NCBI GenBank assembly: GCA_964016885.1
Contig: OZ024743.1
Location: forward strand, 264,368,001 to 264,432,000
Origin: Eledone cirrhosa
Taxonomy: Eukaryota
Direction of reading: 5' to 3'
DNA: 64,000 nucleotides
The position numbers were made by a program, and so were the translations under genes. This document shows, one piece after another, positions 27,463-40,085 of the stretch. Under the pieces are notes generated by a model. The model did no database searches. It was not told the DNA's origin and saw only the letters and a program-made list of their open reading frames with translations. Within the stretch, counting starts at the first letter, position 1. Every line of letters begins with the position of its first letter.

Positions 27463-27923
27463 TCAAGTTATCAATAATGTAGTGATAATATATCGTCACG
27501 TTAGAATTAATACTACTACACCAAACGGCCAACCCTGTCCATTGTTCAATTGGTCAAGTATAGATTAAAATAGGCACTCCCAAAAATTCTTATTTAGATA
27601 AAATAAACCATATACTCATTGTATTCTCATTAGAAACCCTTTATATACTTGTTTACCAGTAAATTGAATTGTCATCTGTCATATACTATCCACTCTCTTC
27701 TTCCTTTATTACAACTAATATAAATACTTCAATTTTTCTGATTTTTTCCAATTTATCCAATATCTCTGAAGAAGTGACAACTGATTATACATTTGCTATC
27801 GAATACTTGCTAACATTATATGAGTACGCAAGCAGCGATACATAGGTATTCCGTCTGTTAAAGAAACATATGTCAATACCTAATAAAGTCCTTTTTAAGC
27901 ACTTTCATTTTATATTCATCTTT

Positions 27924-27977
<54 letters not shown>

Positions 27978-29503
27978 TGTGTATATATAAAATTATAAGT
28001 TTGAAAAGTAGTTTTAGAAAATTTATCCAATTTTTTTTCTTCTTAGTTCGTACAAATCAGCTAGATATATAATCATTTAAAATGTTTCAAATGTAACTTT
28101 GAAGAAAGAAATAACAGATAAATGTTACCGATATTCCTTTATGAGAAACAGTGAGATAAAATTTCCCTAGTCTTTCCTCTTAGTACCTAGAAATTAACTA
28201 GACAAATAATCAATTTAACGTAGTTAACTCTAAAATGTTTGAAGAAAAAATAGATAAACGTTACCAAAGATTCTCCCAGTCCCGACTATCGATAGTTTCG
28301 CTCGTAATATATATATATATGTGTGTGTATTTGCGTGCACGTGCGTGTGTGTATATGCGTGCAACTGCGCGTGCCTGTGTGTGGGAGATTGTGTATTTGT
28401 GTGCGTGTATGTTTCTGAATATACGCTCGCATTGACATATTTATTTGTGCCAGCACATATGGATTATATGGAGGATTCTTTATATTTTCAACACCACCAA
28501 CTAATGACTATAAAATAGACGCCATTTGTACAATAATTACATAAGAAAATACCTTGTTAGTGTTGTTGCAGAAGCCACGCTAAAATAATAATACATAACC
28601 TGAAAAATCCGTCTTTCGAAACGAGAGAAACAATCAATTAATTAAACTAAATATAATCAAATATTTTACGTACCTCAACACAAGCGAAAATTATGTCCTT
28701 AGCTTAGCGGCGCGAGAAGTTTTGAAACATGGCTTTAATGACCTTAAATAAAGAAAAAAAAACTTAATCGGTGGAGATAAACTGTCATTGATTATTATCG
28801 GAACAATGAATTAATTTAGCTCAATTGTGTTAAATACAGACTGTACTCGTGATGAACAAGAAGGAAAAATGATGTCCGTGACGCTGATAACATTTTTGTA
28901 TGTTACGATTAAGATCGTGATGATACAAACTTGAATGATAATTTCAAATGTAATAGAATTGCTATTAGTGATATAATTTCCGAAATAAAATATTTCTACT
29001 ATTTTTCTTGGAGAAACTATAAGATAAATGATATAAACACAAAGTGTATTTCAGAAGACTGGAGTTCTGGCTTGAATGATTTGGTTGATGAGTTCAGTGT
29101 GGGTTTGGAATAAAATGAGAGACAGTCTATATGGGTGCTTATATCATTCGACTTTAGGTGTTCTACGTCTTATGATGGGTAGAGATTATTACAATAAAGT
29201 TGGGAGAGGTCCAATGCTAGTAACATCATTGTGTTGCCATGGGACTCTTTTGCTGTCTTCCCAATGTCCGATTTTCATGTATTCCTGACGCTTTTGCCTG
29301 CAGCCTCAGTACAATTCTAGATATCGGATTACTAATGAAATGTTATTCCCACTCGGAATTTCATTAATGTTTGTAATTAATCAAATGTGAAACATTTTCT
29401 AACGCTGTAGAATTATAACTGTTGCAATTGTGTCCGATCAACCCCATCCCACACACACGCTCACACCACAACACCACACCAGACACACCACATTGACACA
29501 CAG

Positions 29504-30320
29504 TTGAGAGGCCTAAAGTTAAATTTAGCAAAGACGAAATTCAAAATAAGGAAGAGAGAAGACAGGAGGGTGATACTATCAGGAAAGTGGTCGTATTCAA
29601 TACGTCGGAAAGGGATGGGCAGTAATTATTGGACGCCGAATAGATGTAGGGTAATTGCACGTAGGCTAGTGGAAAATGGACTGTATATGCTGCAGATACA
29701 CAGGAGAAGTGTGCAGAAAGAGCAAAGGTATAATATATTTCTTCAGTTAGTAACTAGGGAGGCAGCTCCGAAGTCGTTGTCAGCTTTTATTACCAGATTA
29801 TCAGTGAAAGAGGATGTACCAAACGTGTCATAGCTCGAACAAGAACAGCCAGGAAAGCGTTGAGAGAGCTGATACCGCTACTGACAACAAAGGTTTCTTT
29901 TTTCAGAATGATAGGTAGACTCTGTGACGCCTGTGTGCGAACTGGAATGCTCCTTTACAGTGAAACATGTGTCATGACTGCAAAAGATCTGCGGCACTAG
30001 AAGAGAACGAGTCGATTATGTTCCGATGGATAAGTAATGTTAGTGTGGATGAGCGGCAGAGAACTCGGAAAAAATGGTATGCGAGGAATTGGATGTAGTG
30101 CGCAAGCAAGAAGACTGCTTTGATTTGGATATACGACTCGTATGGAAGATAACAGCTTCATGAACACTGCAGAAAAGGCCCAGATACTGACAACCGGGGA
30201 AGAGACAGATCCAAGATGATATAGGATGATGTTGACATGACCGACCTTACAAAACTAAATCACACAACCTAAATGTTTGTGAAGATCCGGTCAACGGCAT
30301 ACAATGTGGCCTGACCTATC
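29504..30320 (+). mobile_element. Degenerate 3' part of an RTE-clade LINE
   Basis: RGLKLNLAKTK, GKWSYSIRRKGMGSN and RELIPLLTTK resemble the post-RT region of RTE ORFs. Confidence 0.65.
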
Positions 30321-30789
30321 CTCGTGTCCCCCTTCAATCAGTGTCTATTCTCACCATCAATATGTGACAACCAGTCACATATTATCCTCCCCATCAGTCA
30401 CTCTTTCACTGTTATACCTTCAAAAGCCTTTAGATTCTCTCACTATCTCATTCTTGTATCCACTATCATTTTACTTATGCAACTAGCACTACCTAGGAGC
30501 TATCCTAGCCATTAATATACGCCTCAACTCCATCCATGCCCCATATTGTTTTCATACCCCAGCTATCCCCCTCCACCCGCCTAAAAATCTTAGATACTCT
30601 CACTCTCGCACCCTAGTAACTACTCTGTGCAGCAAACCAATGCCCACTCCACTATCACTTGTTAGCTAGACCTCCCTTTTCTGGCACTGCTGCTCTCATC
30701 ACTTCATTACCTTCGCTACTCAACACTGTCAAATCCCGCTACACTTGGCATAACCTCTCACATGTTCCACTCATATCGCTCCCACCCAC

Positions 30790-31275
30790 AACACACAGGT
30801 GGTTGAAGACAGAAAAGGCTCCCTGTCGTAGAAAATATGATTAAACAAAAGACAATAGGACAGCTCTGTCGTACAACTTCTCTAGTGTCGGTGACCTACT
30901 GAATAACCGCACCCAGTAAACGCTGTTAAGTGGTTGGTGATATGAAGGGTATCGAGCAGTAGAAATCTTGCCAAACAATGGTTGGTACGACACATCAGTC
31001 TTCTTATCAGGATCATATCAGTCTCTCTAGTGTTGGTAATCTACAGGATAAACCCCGCCAGTCAACGTTGCAGAGAAAGTTTGCCAAATAAAGGGATCTG
31101 GGGAGACGGCAGTCGTGTCAAAGACTAGGCAACCTCTCTTGTGCACTCACTATAGTTCAGGTTCGTAGCCTGTCTGAGAAGTTAGTAACCCCACTTCAGT
31201 TGATTTGGTCTAAGTATCCATGGCCTACCGTTGATATCAGGGAAAGTGGACGTTAAATCAATGATAATGATGATA
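30790..31275 (+). mobile_element. RTE-associated SINE/3'-tail fragments
   Basis: gttggtgatatgaagggtatc..gtagaaatcttgccaaa motif (partly repeated) and the tail ggacgttaaatcaatgataatgatgat. Confidence 0.5.
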
Positions 31276-32260
31276 TTTGTATGCAAACATACAAAAAATA
31301 CATGGATACATTCATACGTATACTCGTATATATATATATATATTTATTTACTTATAAAATCAGTTTAGTAGAAAATGTATTAATGCAGAAATTATTAAAT
31401 ACAGGTAAGTATATTTATAACTACATGGGTTGCCTATTTTGATTTATTATATTGATAATTGGGAAAACCTACATTACCTACGTGCGGTACAACCCAACTA
31501 GAAAGTCGCAATATATCTTTTGTACAGGCATACCCACTCAACATTACAAAAGATGGGAACAGTCTAGAGAACACTAATAACTGGAAGTTATACACCATTT
31601 CATATATATATATACTTATATATATATCACGCAGAAATTGAGCAACAACGAATCCACTAAACATCTTCGGAATTTACCTACTTTTCACCCATCCTCTTAC
31701 GTAATCACCTATATAACTCACCCACACACACACCCCCCAAAAAATGTTTTCTCCACACGCCACCTACACCCGCAACACGCTTAAACCCCACACACACGTG
31801 GTTTCCACCACATATTTACACCCTCAGCCTCCTGATTCCTCTCCCCCCACCCCTCTATCCACACACGCACAGACACTCCGACCCCCCCCACACACACACA
31901 CCTCTTCCTGAACATGCAACCCCGTTCTTCCCCCAACCCTTACTTTCACATACACACACACACACACACACCACCTTCAGCCCTCCCCGCTCGGACACCG
32001 TGTCTCCCCCTCCCCACTCCACCCACCACCACCCCTACACTCCCCACACCCTTCCACCACCTGTTTTACCCCCCTTTTAATTTTAGTTTATATTGATCAT
32101 GCCTTTATATTTAAATTTATCTCATTCCTTGTATTTTGATCATGCTTTATTTTTATTTTTATCTTTATTTTTTATTTTTTCATTCGTACCGTTTCCTTTC
32201 GCTATATGTCTCTCCACCACTCCCCTACACACCCTTTGAACTCTGTTCCCACACACTTCT

Positions 32261-32294
32261 CACCTGAGGAAGGGCGTATGCCCGAAACGTCGTC
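32261..32294 (+). ncRNA. Minimal hammerhead ribozyme motif in a C/A-rich pLTR-like segment (~31700-32385)
   Basis: cac-CTGAGGA-a-GGGC-gtat-GCCC-GAAA-cg-TC-gtc. Stem I is only 2 bp. AATAAA and (TA)n follow. Confidence 0.6.
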
Positions 32295-32383
32295 CCCCAC
32301 CAACACCCCACTCTCCAGAGCGTGAAATTAATAAACATTCGTTGTACTGCCTCTCTGTTTTGTCCCTGTTCAAATTTTTCCAT

Positions 32384-32413
<30 letters not shown>

Positions 32414-32419
<6 letters not shown>

Positions 32420-32750
32420 ATTAAATAAATGGAAACTATATTTATAAAACCATATCTATTTCATCATATATATTTCAGGGATATCATATTAACAATATGC
32501 TATGCCTTCCTCAGACAAAATACAATATAAACAGTTTTATAGATAAATAGATTTGACATACCGTAACAACATCGACTTGTATTTGAAAAAATTGAATTGG
32601 CAGTGAAAAAATTGTACACAGAGAGAAAGAAAGAGAGAAAAAAGGAAAGATAGACAGAAAACGAAAATCGTTAATATGATATCCCTGAAATATATATGAT
32701 GAAATAGATATGGTTTTATAAATATAGTTTCCATTTATTTAATATTGTAA
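32414..32750. mobile_element. Non-autonomous pLTR remnant of the 6770-9035 Naiad family in fold-back arrangement; minus-strand hammerhead at ~32452-32528
   Basis: 32414-32560 is the reverse complement of 8890-9035, and 32670-32750 repeats its 3' end on +. The core CTGAGGA is intact but the site reads AUG (not NUH). Confidence 0.8.
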
Positions 32751-32984
32751 ATATACTCCAAATACTTGTCGAGTGCTTTTATATCAGTTATAAATATTTA
32801 CTAGTTGTAACCCAACAATTTAAATATAACTTTCCATATATATATATATATATATCCAAAATTAAGATAAATTGAATTAAATCAAATTAAATAAAATTAA
32901 ATTAAGGGTGTCATGTCAGATAGACATGCACCATATCACCCGTAAAATATGCTCCAAGATTCTAATGAGTAGATCCGAGCATTT

Positions 32985-33607
32985 TATATCAACTAGAAAT
33001 TGATTGGCATATAATTAAACATATGAAACAATCACGGGATTATTTTGTAAAAGTGTGTATGCACACATAGCTAGGTAGGTAACTAAATAAAGTTTAACTA
33101 GAACTTCAAAAATAGATACCTTATAATTTGATTAATCTTCCTCGTATATATTCCATTAAAGAAATATATTTCACCAATTAATCGATTGGTAAACGGCAGT
33201 TGCCAGGTCCTGGATTTTCAACAAGGAAGAGGTCCAGCGATCTAGGTGTCCATAACCCTATTCACGCCACTGGGACGAAGCTGGTATGATGTGTGTATTT
33301 TTAGTGGATACAACACGTGTTACTGGGCAGTCGCTGATTTCAACTTGATGCGTCTACACAGATCGCTGGACTTCTTCCTTGTTGAAAATCCAGGACCTGG
33401 CAACTGTCGTATACCAATCGATTAATTGGTGAAATATATTTCTTTAATGGAATATATACGAGGAAGATTAATCAAATTATAAGGTTTTTTGAAGTTCTAG
33501 TTAAACTTTATTTAGTTACCTACCTAGCTATGTGTTCTTACGCACTTTTACAAATTATCCCCCTTGATTGTTTCATATGTTTAATTATATGCCAATCAAT
33601 TTCTAGT

Positions 33608-33612
<5 letters not shown>
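32985..33612. repeat. Fold-back element, ~260-bp inverted arms (32985-33248 and 33355-33612), ~105-bp spacer
   Basis: tatcaactagaaattgattggcatataattaaac on the left arm; gtttaattatatgccaatcaatttctagttgata on the right arm. Confidence 0.9.
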
Positions 33613-33647
<35 letters not shown>

Positions 33648-33650
<3 letters not shown>

Positions 33651-35985
33651 CGTTTCAGAATTTGTTTAGCAAGATTCTTTATCTTAAAATGTCTGTTGAA
33701 ACCGATATTGTTATATTTGGGAGGGTCATGTTGCCAATAAGAAACACGCGCACCAGTTGCTTTCACTTCAATTTATTATAAATTAAATTTATAAATTTAG
33801 GAATTTATAAATTTCCGGTTGGTTGGTTGGTTCCACAACTAGACGAATGTTCATATATTGACAAAGTTCTTTCGTCACACACCCTGTGACCTCTTCAGTG
33901 ACTGGGGATTCTTTTCTTTATTTTTGTGCCTCTCCTTTGTTCTGTCCTACGCCATCTTGTTGTTTTTGTGTGTGTTGTGTGCTTAGTTTGCGCATGTGTT
34001 ACATCCGGGTGTCTGTGTGAGTTTAGATTTGTTTATTTAGTTGTTTATTTACATGTTACTGGTTGGTTGTTTGTTCTATGTGTGTGTGTATTTTCATTTT
34101 GTCCTTAATTGTAAGTTGTGATGTTGCTATTCCATTCATGTTTTCTATTTAATTTTGGTTGGAGTTATTTTATGTTTATTGCCTCTGTGATTTTTCTAAA
34201 CATTGCGTCTTTTATGTCTGTGTGGATTCTATTTTTATTTCTATGTTCTCTAATTTACCCTTATGTTCTATTTTAGCATGTTGGTAGAGTACAGATGATT
34301 CTTTACTATCTTGAAGCTCTTGCCAGTGTTCATTTATCCGTTCTCCCATACTACGAGCTGTCTCACCTATGTACACTATATTCTTATCTCTACATTGTCC
34401 TTCAGTACATCTTATGCTATATACTACATTTCTAGTTTTACAGTTAATATGGGGGCTTAATTTACAGATTATACATTTCCTATCTATACAGGGAGGTCTT
34501 TGAAAAGGGTATGTATTGCTAATAAGTGTCTTTATGGAGGTATCTGGTCTTTCTACTATCTTAATATTGAGTTTATGTTTATCTCGGGCCCTTCTGAATT
34601 TGTAAGCTAATTCACCTCTAGGGGTTGTATTGATGAACATTACACTCTGCTATTTATTGCTATCATAGCATGAGTTTATTCTATTAACCTTATTCCTAGC
34701 TCTTTCTATTCTATTCCAAAATTTGCTACTATACAAGTGGCAGGTCCTATTTGTATCATTATTTACCATTTTTTCCCCTTTTGTTCTGGCTCCTCTATAT
34801 ACTCTGATCTTATCTCTCTGATTGTAACCAGAGAACTGCATACGGTGGATGAAGTGTTGTATGTGTCTCTCTAGTTCGTTGGGGTTGCAGATGCGGGACA
34901 CGTTTCTCATCACCCGTACCAAATCCGCAATCTGTATGTTGATTTTGGTATGGTCCGAAACAGCTGAGTTTCGGTGGATCAGATATTTGGAAGTCATGGG
35001 TTTGGCATAATGGGAATGGAGGATCTGTTTTTTGTTATTGATAGTATCTAACCAGAGCTCTGTGTCTAGTACAGGTAATCGATGGTTGGGGTGTTTGCTT
35101 GGGTACTCTATAGTAACTCTAATACTGTGGTGGATGGGGTTAGCTATTTACTGGATGCTTTCCATGGTGTTTTTCTCTAATTCCTGACTGTTCTCTAGTG
35201 GGGGTGTTTTTACTACGATGTTTATATCGTCAATGTAGCGGGAGTACATTATCAGGGTTAAGAGGTTGCTGTCTTCTTATTGTTCTTTAAGTTTAAGTCT
35301 AGTGTCCCACCATGAATAGGTTAGCTATGTCACCTGCAATGCGAACACCAATCGCTGCTCCCTCCTCTTGGGCATATGTTTTTCCATTAAATTTGAACAT
35401 ATGTTCCCTAAGGGTTAATTTTATACTGACCCCCACCGCATGTGCAATTATTTTCTTTAGTTCATCGTGGTTTTCGGGGGTCCGTATGGCTCTGGTCCAC
35501 CCGTTCCATCTCTCTGTGTTGGTTTTCTTGGCCATTGAGGTGATGGTAGATGGTCTGCCTCTTGCTGGTCTTGTAGGGAACAGGTTGCTAAGGTCATATG
35601 TATCTAGATAATTATTACTATAAGTAAGTTTAAGTAGGAGTCCCAGCTCACTGGTATCAATCCCACGGATTTCAACATTGCTCTCACTGATCATTTCTAC
35701 GCATTTCTCCACAGCAAAATCCATGTCACTAGATGGATATAGGGACACAACATCCATACTGCCTATCATGCAGTTTGTTCGGTCCCTAGATCGGTTATCT
35801 TCGCTGATTTTGCTGATGAGATCCTCCGTGCTGTCACATATATCTGGGGACATTTCAATGATGGGGCGTATGATCAGGAAGAGGAAGTAGGAAAGTCTGT
35901 AGTTACTAGCAATGTTAGCTCCAGAGACTGGTCGTATTGGTGGTCCTGTGACAGGGTAACTTCTCGTTTTATGGTATTTTCGAAC
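33648..35985 (-). mobile_element. 5'-truncated Penelope-like element (tentatively Nematis-like): RT, GIY-YIG and pLTR
   Basis: GSMDVVSLYPS, GAAIGVRIAGDIANLFM, YSRYIDD, HYAKPM, FINTTPRGELA, CIDRKCIIC, VVYSIRC..YIGETARS. Clade assignment is inference from motifs. Confidence 0.85.
33860..33902 (-). ncRNA. Type I hammerhead ribozyme in pLTR (left copy)
   Basis: Minus strand: gtca-CTGAAGA-g-GTCACA-gggtg-TGTGAC-GAAA-gaac-TT-tgtc. Confidence 0.65.
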
Positions 35986-36395
35986 TTACAATTCAGGACA
36001 AAATTAATCACAAAATTAATCACACCTTACAATTAAGGACAAAATGAAAACACACACACACATAGAACAAACAACCAACCAGTAACATATAAATAAACAA
36101 ATAAATAAACAAATCTAAGCACACAACACACACAAAAACAAGATGGCGTAGGACAGATCAAAGGAGAGGCACAAAAAATAAAAAAATAATTCCCAGTCAC
36201 TGAAGACGTCACAGAATGTGTGACGAAAGAACTTTGACAATATATGAACAATCGTCTGGTTGTGGAACCAACCAACCAACCGGACATTTATAAATTCCTA
36301 AATTTATAAATTTAATTTATAATAAATTGAAGTGAATGCAACTGGTGCGTGTGTTTCTTATTGGCAACATGACCCTCCCAAAGTATAACAATATA
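35984..36395 (+). mobile_element. Inverted pLTR copy at the 5' end of the 33648-35985 element
   Basis: Reverse complement of ~33705-34115, with a short stuttered caaaattaatca duplication at the junction. Confidence 0.85.
36196..36238 (+). ncRNA. Type I hammerhead ribozyme in pLTR (right copy)
   Basis: GTCA-CTGAAGA-c-GTCACA-gaatg-TGTGAC-GAAA-gaac-TT-TGAC. Stems I and II pair; the site is CUU. Confidence 0.75.
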
Positions 36396-36398
36396 TCT

Positions 36399-36446
<48 letters not shown>

Positions 36447-36765
36447 ATACTAATTGATTTGAAGACTAAAATCCAAAGAGGGCTCGATAAGGATAAATAT
36501 ATATCAAATATATAATAAAACCGTAGAGCAAATATTTATTAAAATAACAGATTAAAGTTTAAGCAAAGAATCGTTGCTTTCACCCTTTCACTTATAATAT
36601 ATGTATATATATATATAGTATAAAAAAACCAAAAATCAGTGATGCATCTTAGACTCAGTTTATTGCGTGTTACAATTGTTTCGCCGAAAGGTAGCTCGAG
36701 ACATGATCACTGTATAGTTCTGGCTGATCCATAATTTATGTTTTTGTCTTTTAAGGACCAAATAA

Positions 36766-38160
36766 CACAAGTATAAATACGACGTCAAACGTAACTTTGA
36801 GGAATGCATTAAATAGTAATGTAAATCTAGAAACTCTAGCACCTCCTTTAGTTAATTCCACCACTCCTGATGCTAATATAATTAATCCTGAGCCACTTGC
36901 CAATAACTCTGTAAATAATCGTAATCGTAAATGCAACTGCCGTATTATTGTCCTCTTAGTAATTTCTGTCTCGATAAAACTCTAGTATACGAATGTAAAA
37001 TGGTAACTAGTACAAATTCCTATACCTACATTGGCTCTACTTCTACCTCCTTTAAAGCAAGATTCTATAATCATTCTTCTACGTTTAAATCTCCACTTAC
37101 AAGGACCATCACCGCACTCTCAGAACTTATTTGGTCCTAAAAAGACAAAAACATAAATTACGAAATTTCTTGTAAAATCTACAACGCATTTCCATACACC
37201 AATGCACATCTAGTGTTTGTAATTTATGTCTAACAGAAAAATTTACCATTATCTCGAATCTCAACACAATAATAAATCGAAGAACCGATTTATTTGGACT
37301 TTGTAATCATAAATCCTACAAGACCTTTCACAAAGTATATATAACATTTTCCTCGAGTCACTATTATCCTTACACATCTTTCATTATATTCTACAATGCA
37401 TTATTTTGGTTTTCTCATTATATATTAATCCTTTGATCTTCTTTTGTATAACCTTAGATTTTCGCTCAAACCTTCGTAGATTTTGTAAACAAAAGATGAT
37501 CACATATAATAATAGATTTTCATTACATTTTGTCTACGCTTATAAATCCTTCTAGCAATTTCCTTTATTTACTTGATGATATAAAAGAAAACTTAAATAA
37601 TATACCCCGCATACATATTTTTACTAGAAATTATTAACTTTGACAGAGATAGACTATTTTTATTTTATAAAAATCTGTTTATATTTATTTTAGTAATACA
37701 TTTTTACACTTCTTAAACCAATTTTTAGTATTTAAACCCAATATAAAATAATATACTTAGTTTCTATATTTAGACCTCTAATACCTTCTATAATATTCGC
37801 ACATACACCTCATCAATTTATTTTTTAACCGTTATTTACAGCCGTTTTCAATTTGACAGCAGCCCTCATCAATAGTCTCTCTCTCTCTCTATCTCTCTCT
37901 ATTCTTCGTTCTTATTTTCTTTCTTCTCTTCTTTCCTTTTCTTCTCTTTTCCTTTCTATTTCTTACTATAGTATTAACACAGATATTTCTGTCATATGTA
38001 GACTTAGCACTTTCCTATAAACAAGTGCTATTATGTCGCATATCATTGTACCTTATTTTTTATCTGAAGAAAACAACATCTGTCCCAGGATGATTTTATA
38101 TTCGAAATACGTAAAATAAAATATATGGAACTCTTATAAGCATCTTTATTTCATCTTTAT
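36766..38160 (+). mobile_element. 5'-truncated degenerate Naiad-type PLE (GIY-YIG and pLTR), preceded by a short inverted copy (36730-36765) of 37127-37162
   Basis: KCNCR..YCPLSNFCL..LVYEC..YIGSTSTSFKARFYNH..TALSELIW. A degenerate hammerhead CTGAAGA..GAAATACGTA lies at ~38056-38122. Confidence 0.75.
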
Positions 38161-38257
38161 TATATATACTCCAGTTCTACCAACTGTTTGAGTGCTACTT
38201 ATCTGATTTATGCATAGTTATATTGTTCTACAATATTACTCACATTCTCTCTCTCTC

Positions 38258-38363
<106 letters not shown>

Positions 38364-38364
38364 G

Positions 38365-38413
<49 letters not shown>

Positions 38414-38522
38414 TGTGTGTGTGTGTATGATGGCTGCCCCCTCGTTATCGAGTATGGCTATTGCACGAGGAGAAAAACAAATTAATAAATAAATAAAAAA
38501 TAAAATTAAAATAAAAAAAGAA

Positions 38523-38555
<33 letters not shown>

Positions 38556-38747
38556 TACATATATACACACACATATATATACACACACACATATACATTA
38601 ATAACAATAATAATAATAATAATAATAACAATAATAATAATGACAACAACAATAATAATATACATATACATATATATACACATACACGCACACACATAAA
38701 CATATCTATACACACACACACACACACACACTCACACACGAAAGCAA

Positions 38748-38945
38748 CTAACAGCGCTGCGATCGAATGTGGCTTTTTAGCCCAGCCAATGATTTAAAAT
38801 GTCTTGCACAGAGTCGGCAACCAAAACATTCACTGGGAATAGTCGGCTGCGGTTGGAGTTCGTGTACATTTGCATGTCGCTTGAGCCCTCCTGCTGATTT
38901 ACATTCTCTACCACATATTTGGCAAGCATGATGAGTAGATCTCCA
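38748..38945 (-). mobile_element. Two C2H2 zinc fingers, probably the extreme 3' end of an RTE-type LINE ORF
   Basis: CQICGRECKSAGGLKRH and CRLCARHFKSLAGLKSHIR. No TGEKPY linker, and embedded between microsatellites. Confidence 0.55.
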
Positions 38946-39002
38946 ACATATATGTGTGTGTATATATATATATATATATACACACACAAAAATAGTACTA
39001 CA

Positions 39003-39598
39003 AAAAATAGTACGACTTCAACAGGAAAAAAAATTGAGGATGCAGGTTGAACATAGCGCAGATCAATAAAAGACAAGCTGGGGTTAAAATATATTTCGAT
39101 CATTTCCAACCAGTCATCCCTTTTAAGTTTATAGTATACTTAATTCATCATAACATTCCAGTCACAAGATTTAAAAGCATACAGCATGCAAGTCACACGC
39201 CCAAATTGCTTTATCTTCGTATACAGGCACGCCGAAACATTCAATGTTTACAGAAAAAGAAAAACAAACAGTCGCTACACTCGTGCATGGATAAAATACG
39301 AAGGAATCCTACAAACTGGACGAAATTCTAAAACTTACGATTTATTCTAAATATATTTATGCTATATATCATAGAGCGTGTGTGTGGTAAGATACCAGTT
39401 GGACTATAACCCACCAGAGAACTCGAGACTTGGGATAGTAGAGTAGGTAATATGAAAAGATTCAGGAGTCCCACGGCTGAGCTCCGGCCGTTTCGACAGC
39501 TAGATCCGAACTCGTTTGTACCTACCTATCGAAACGACCGGAGATCAGCCGTCGGGCTCCTGAATTTTTTCATATTTAGTTGAAAATGAACGAACAAA

Positions 39599-39691
<93 letters not shown>

Positions 39692-40085
39692 TGTATGTGT
39701 GTGTGTGTGTTTTATATATACATTGCTTCAATGACAGTTTAGCATAAATCGTAAGTTTTAAAATTTCCCCCACTTTGCAGGATTCCTTCGTATTTTATCC
39801 ATGCACGAGTGTAGCGACAGTTTGTTTTTCTTTTTCTGTAAACATTGAATGTTTCGGCGTGCCTGTATACGAAGATAAAGCAATTTGGGCGTGTGACTTG
39901 CATGCTGTATGCTTTTAAGTCTTGTGACTGGAATGTTATGATGAATTAAGTATACTATAAACTTAAATGGGATGACTGTTTGGAAGTGACTGAAAGATAT
40001 TTTAACCGCAGCTTGACTTTTATCGATCTGGGCTATGTTCACCTGATCCTCAATTTTTTTTCCTGTTGAAGTCGTACTATTTTTT
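39003..40085. repeat. Inverted repeat with ~345-bp arms (39003-39350 and 39740-40085)
   Basis: Near-identical 94-aa pseudo-ORFs on opposite strands (39047-39331 + and 39758-40042 -). The spacer holds a 198-bp-family copy and microsatellites. Confidence 0.9.

Noticed and set aside
38748-38987. Host C2H2 zinc-finger gene
   Set aside because: Only two fingers, no canonical linker, and the start lies in a microsatellite. It fits a LINE C-terminus better.
39047-40042. Duplicated 94-aa gene on opposite strands
   Set aside because: The ORFs lack ATG starts and recognisable motifs, and simply mirror the inverted repeat arms.
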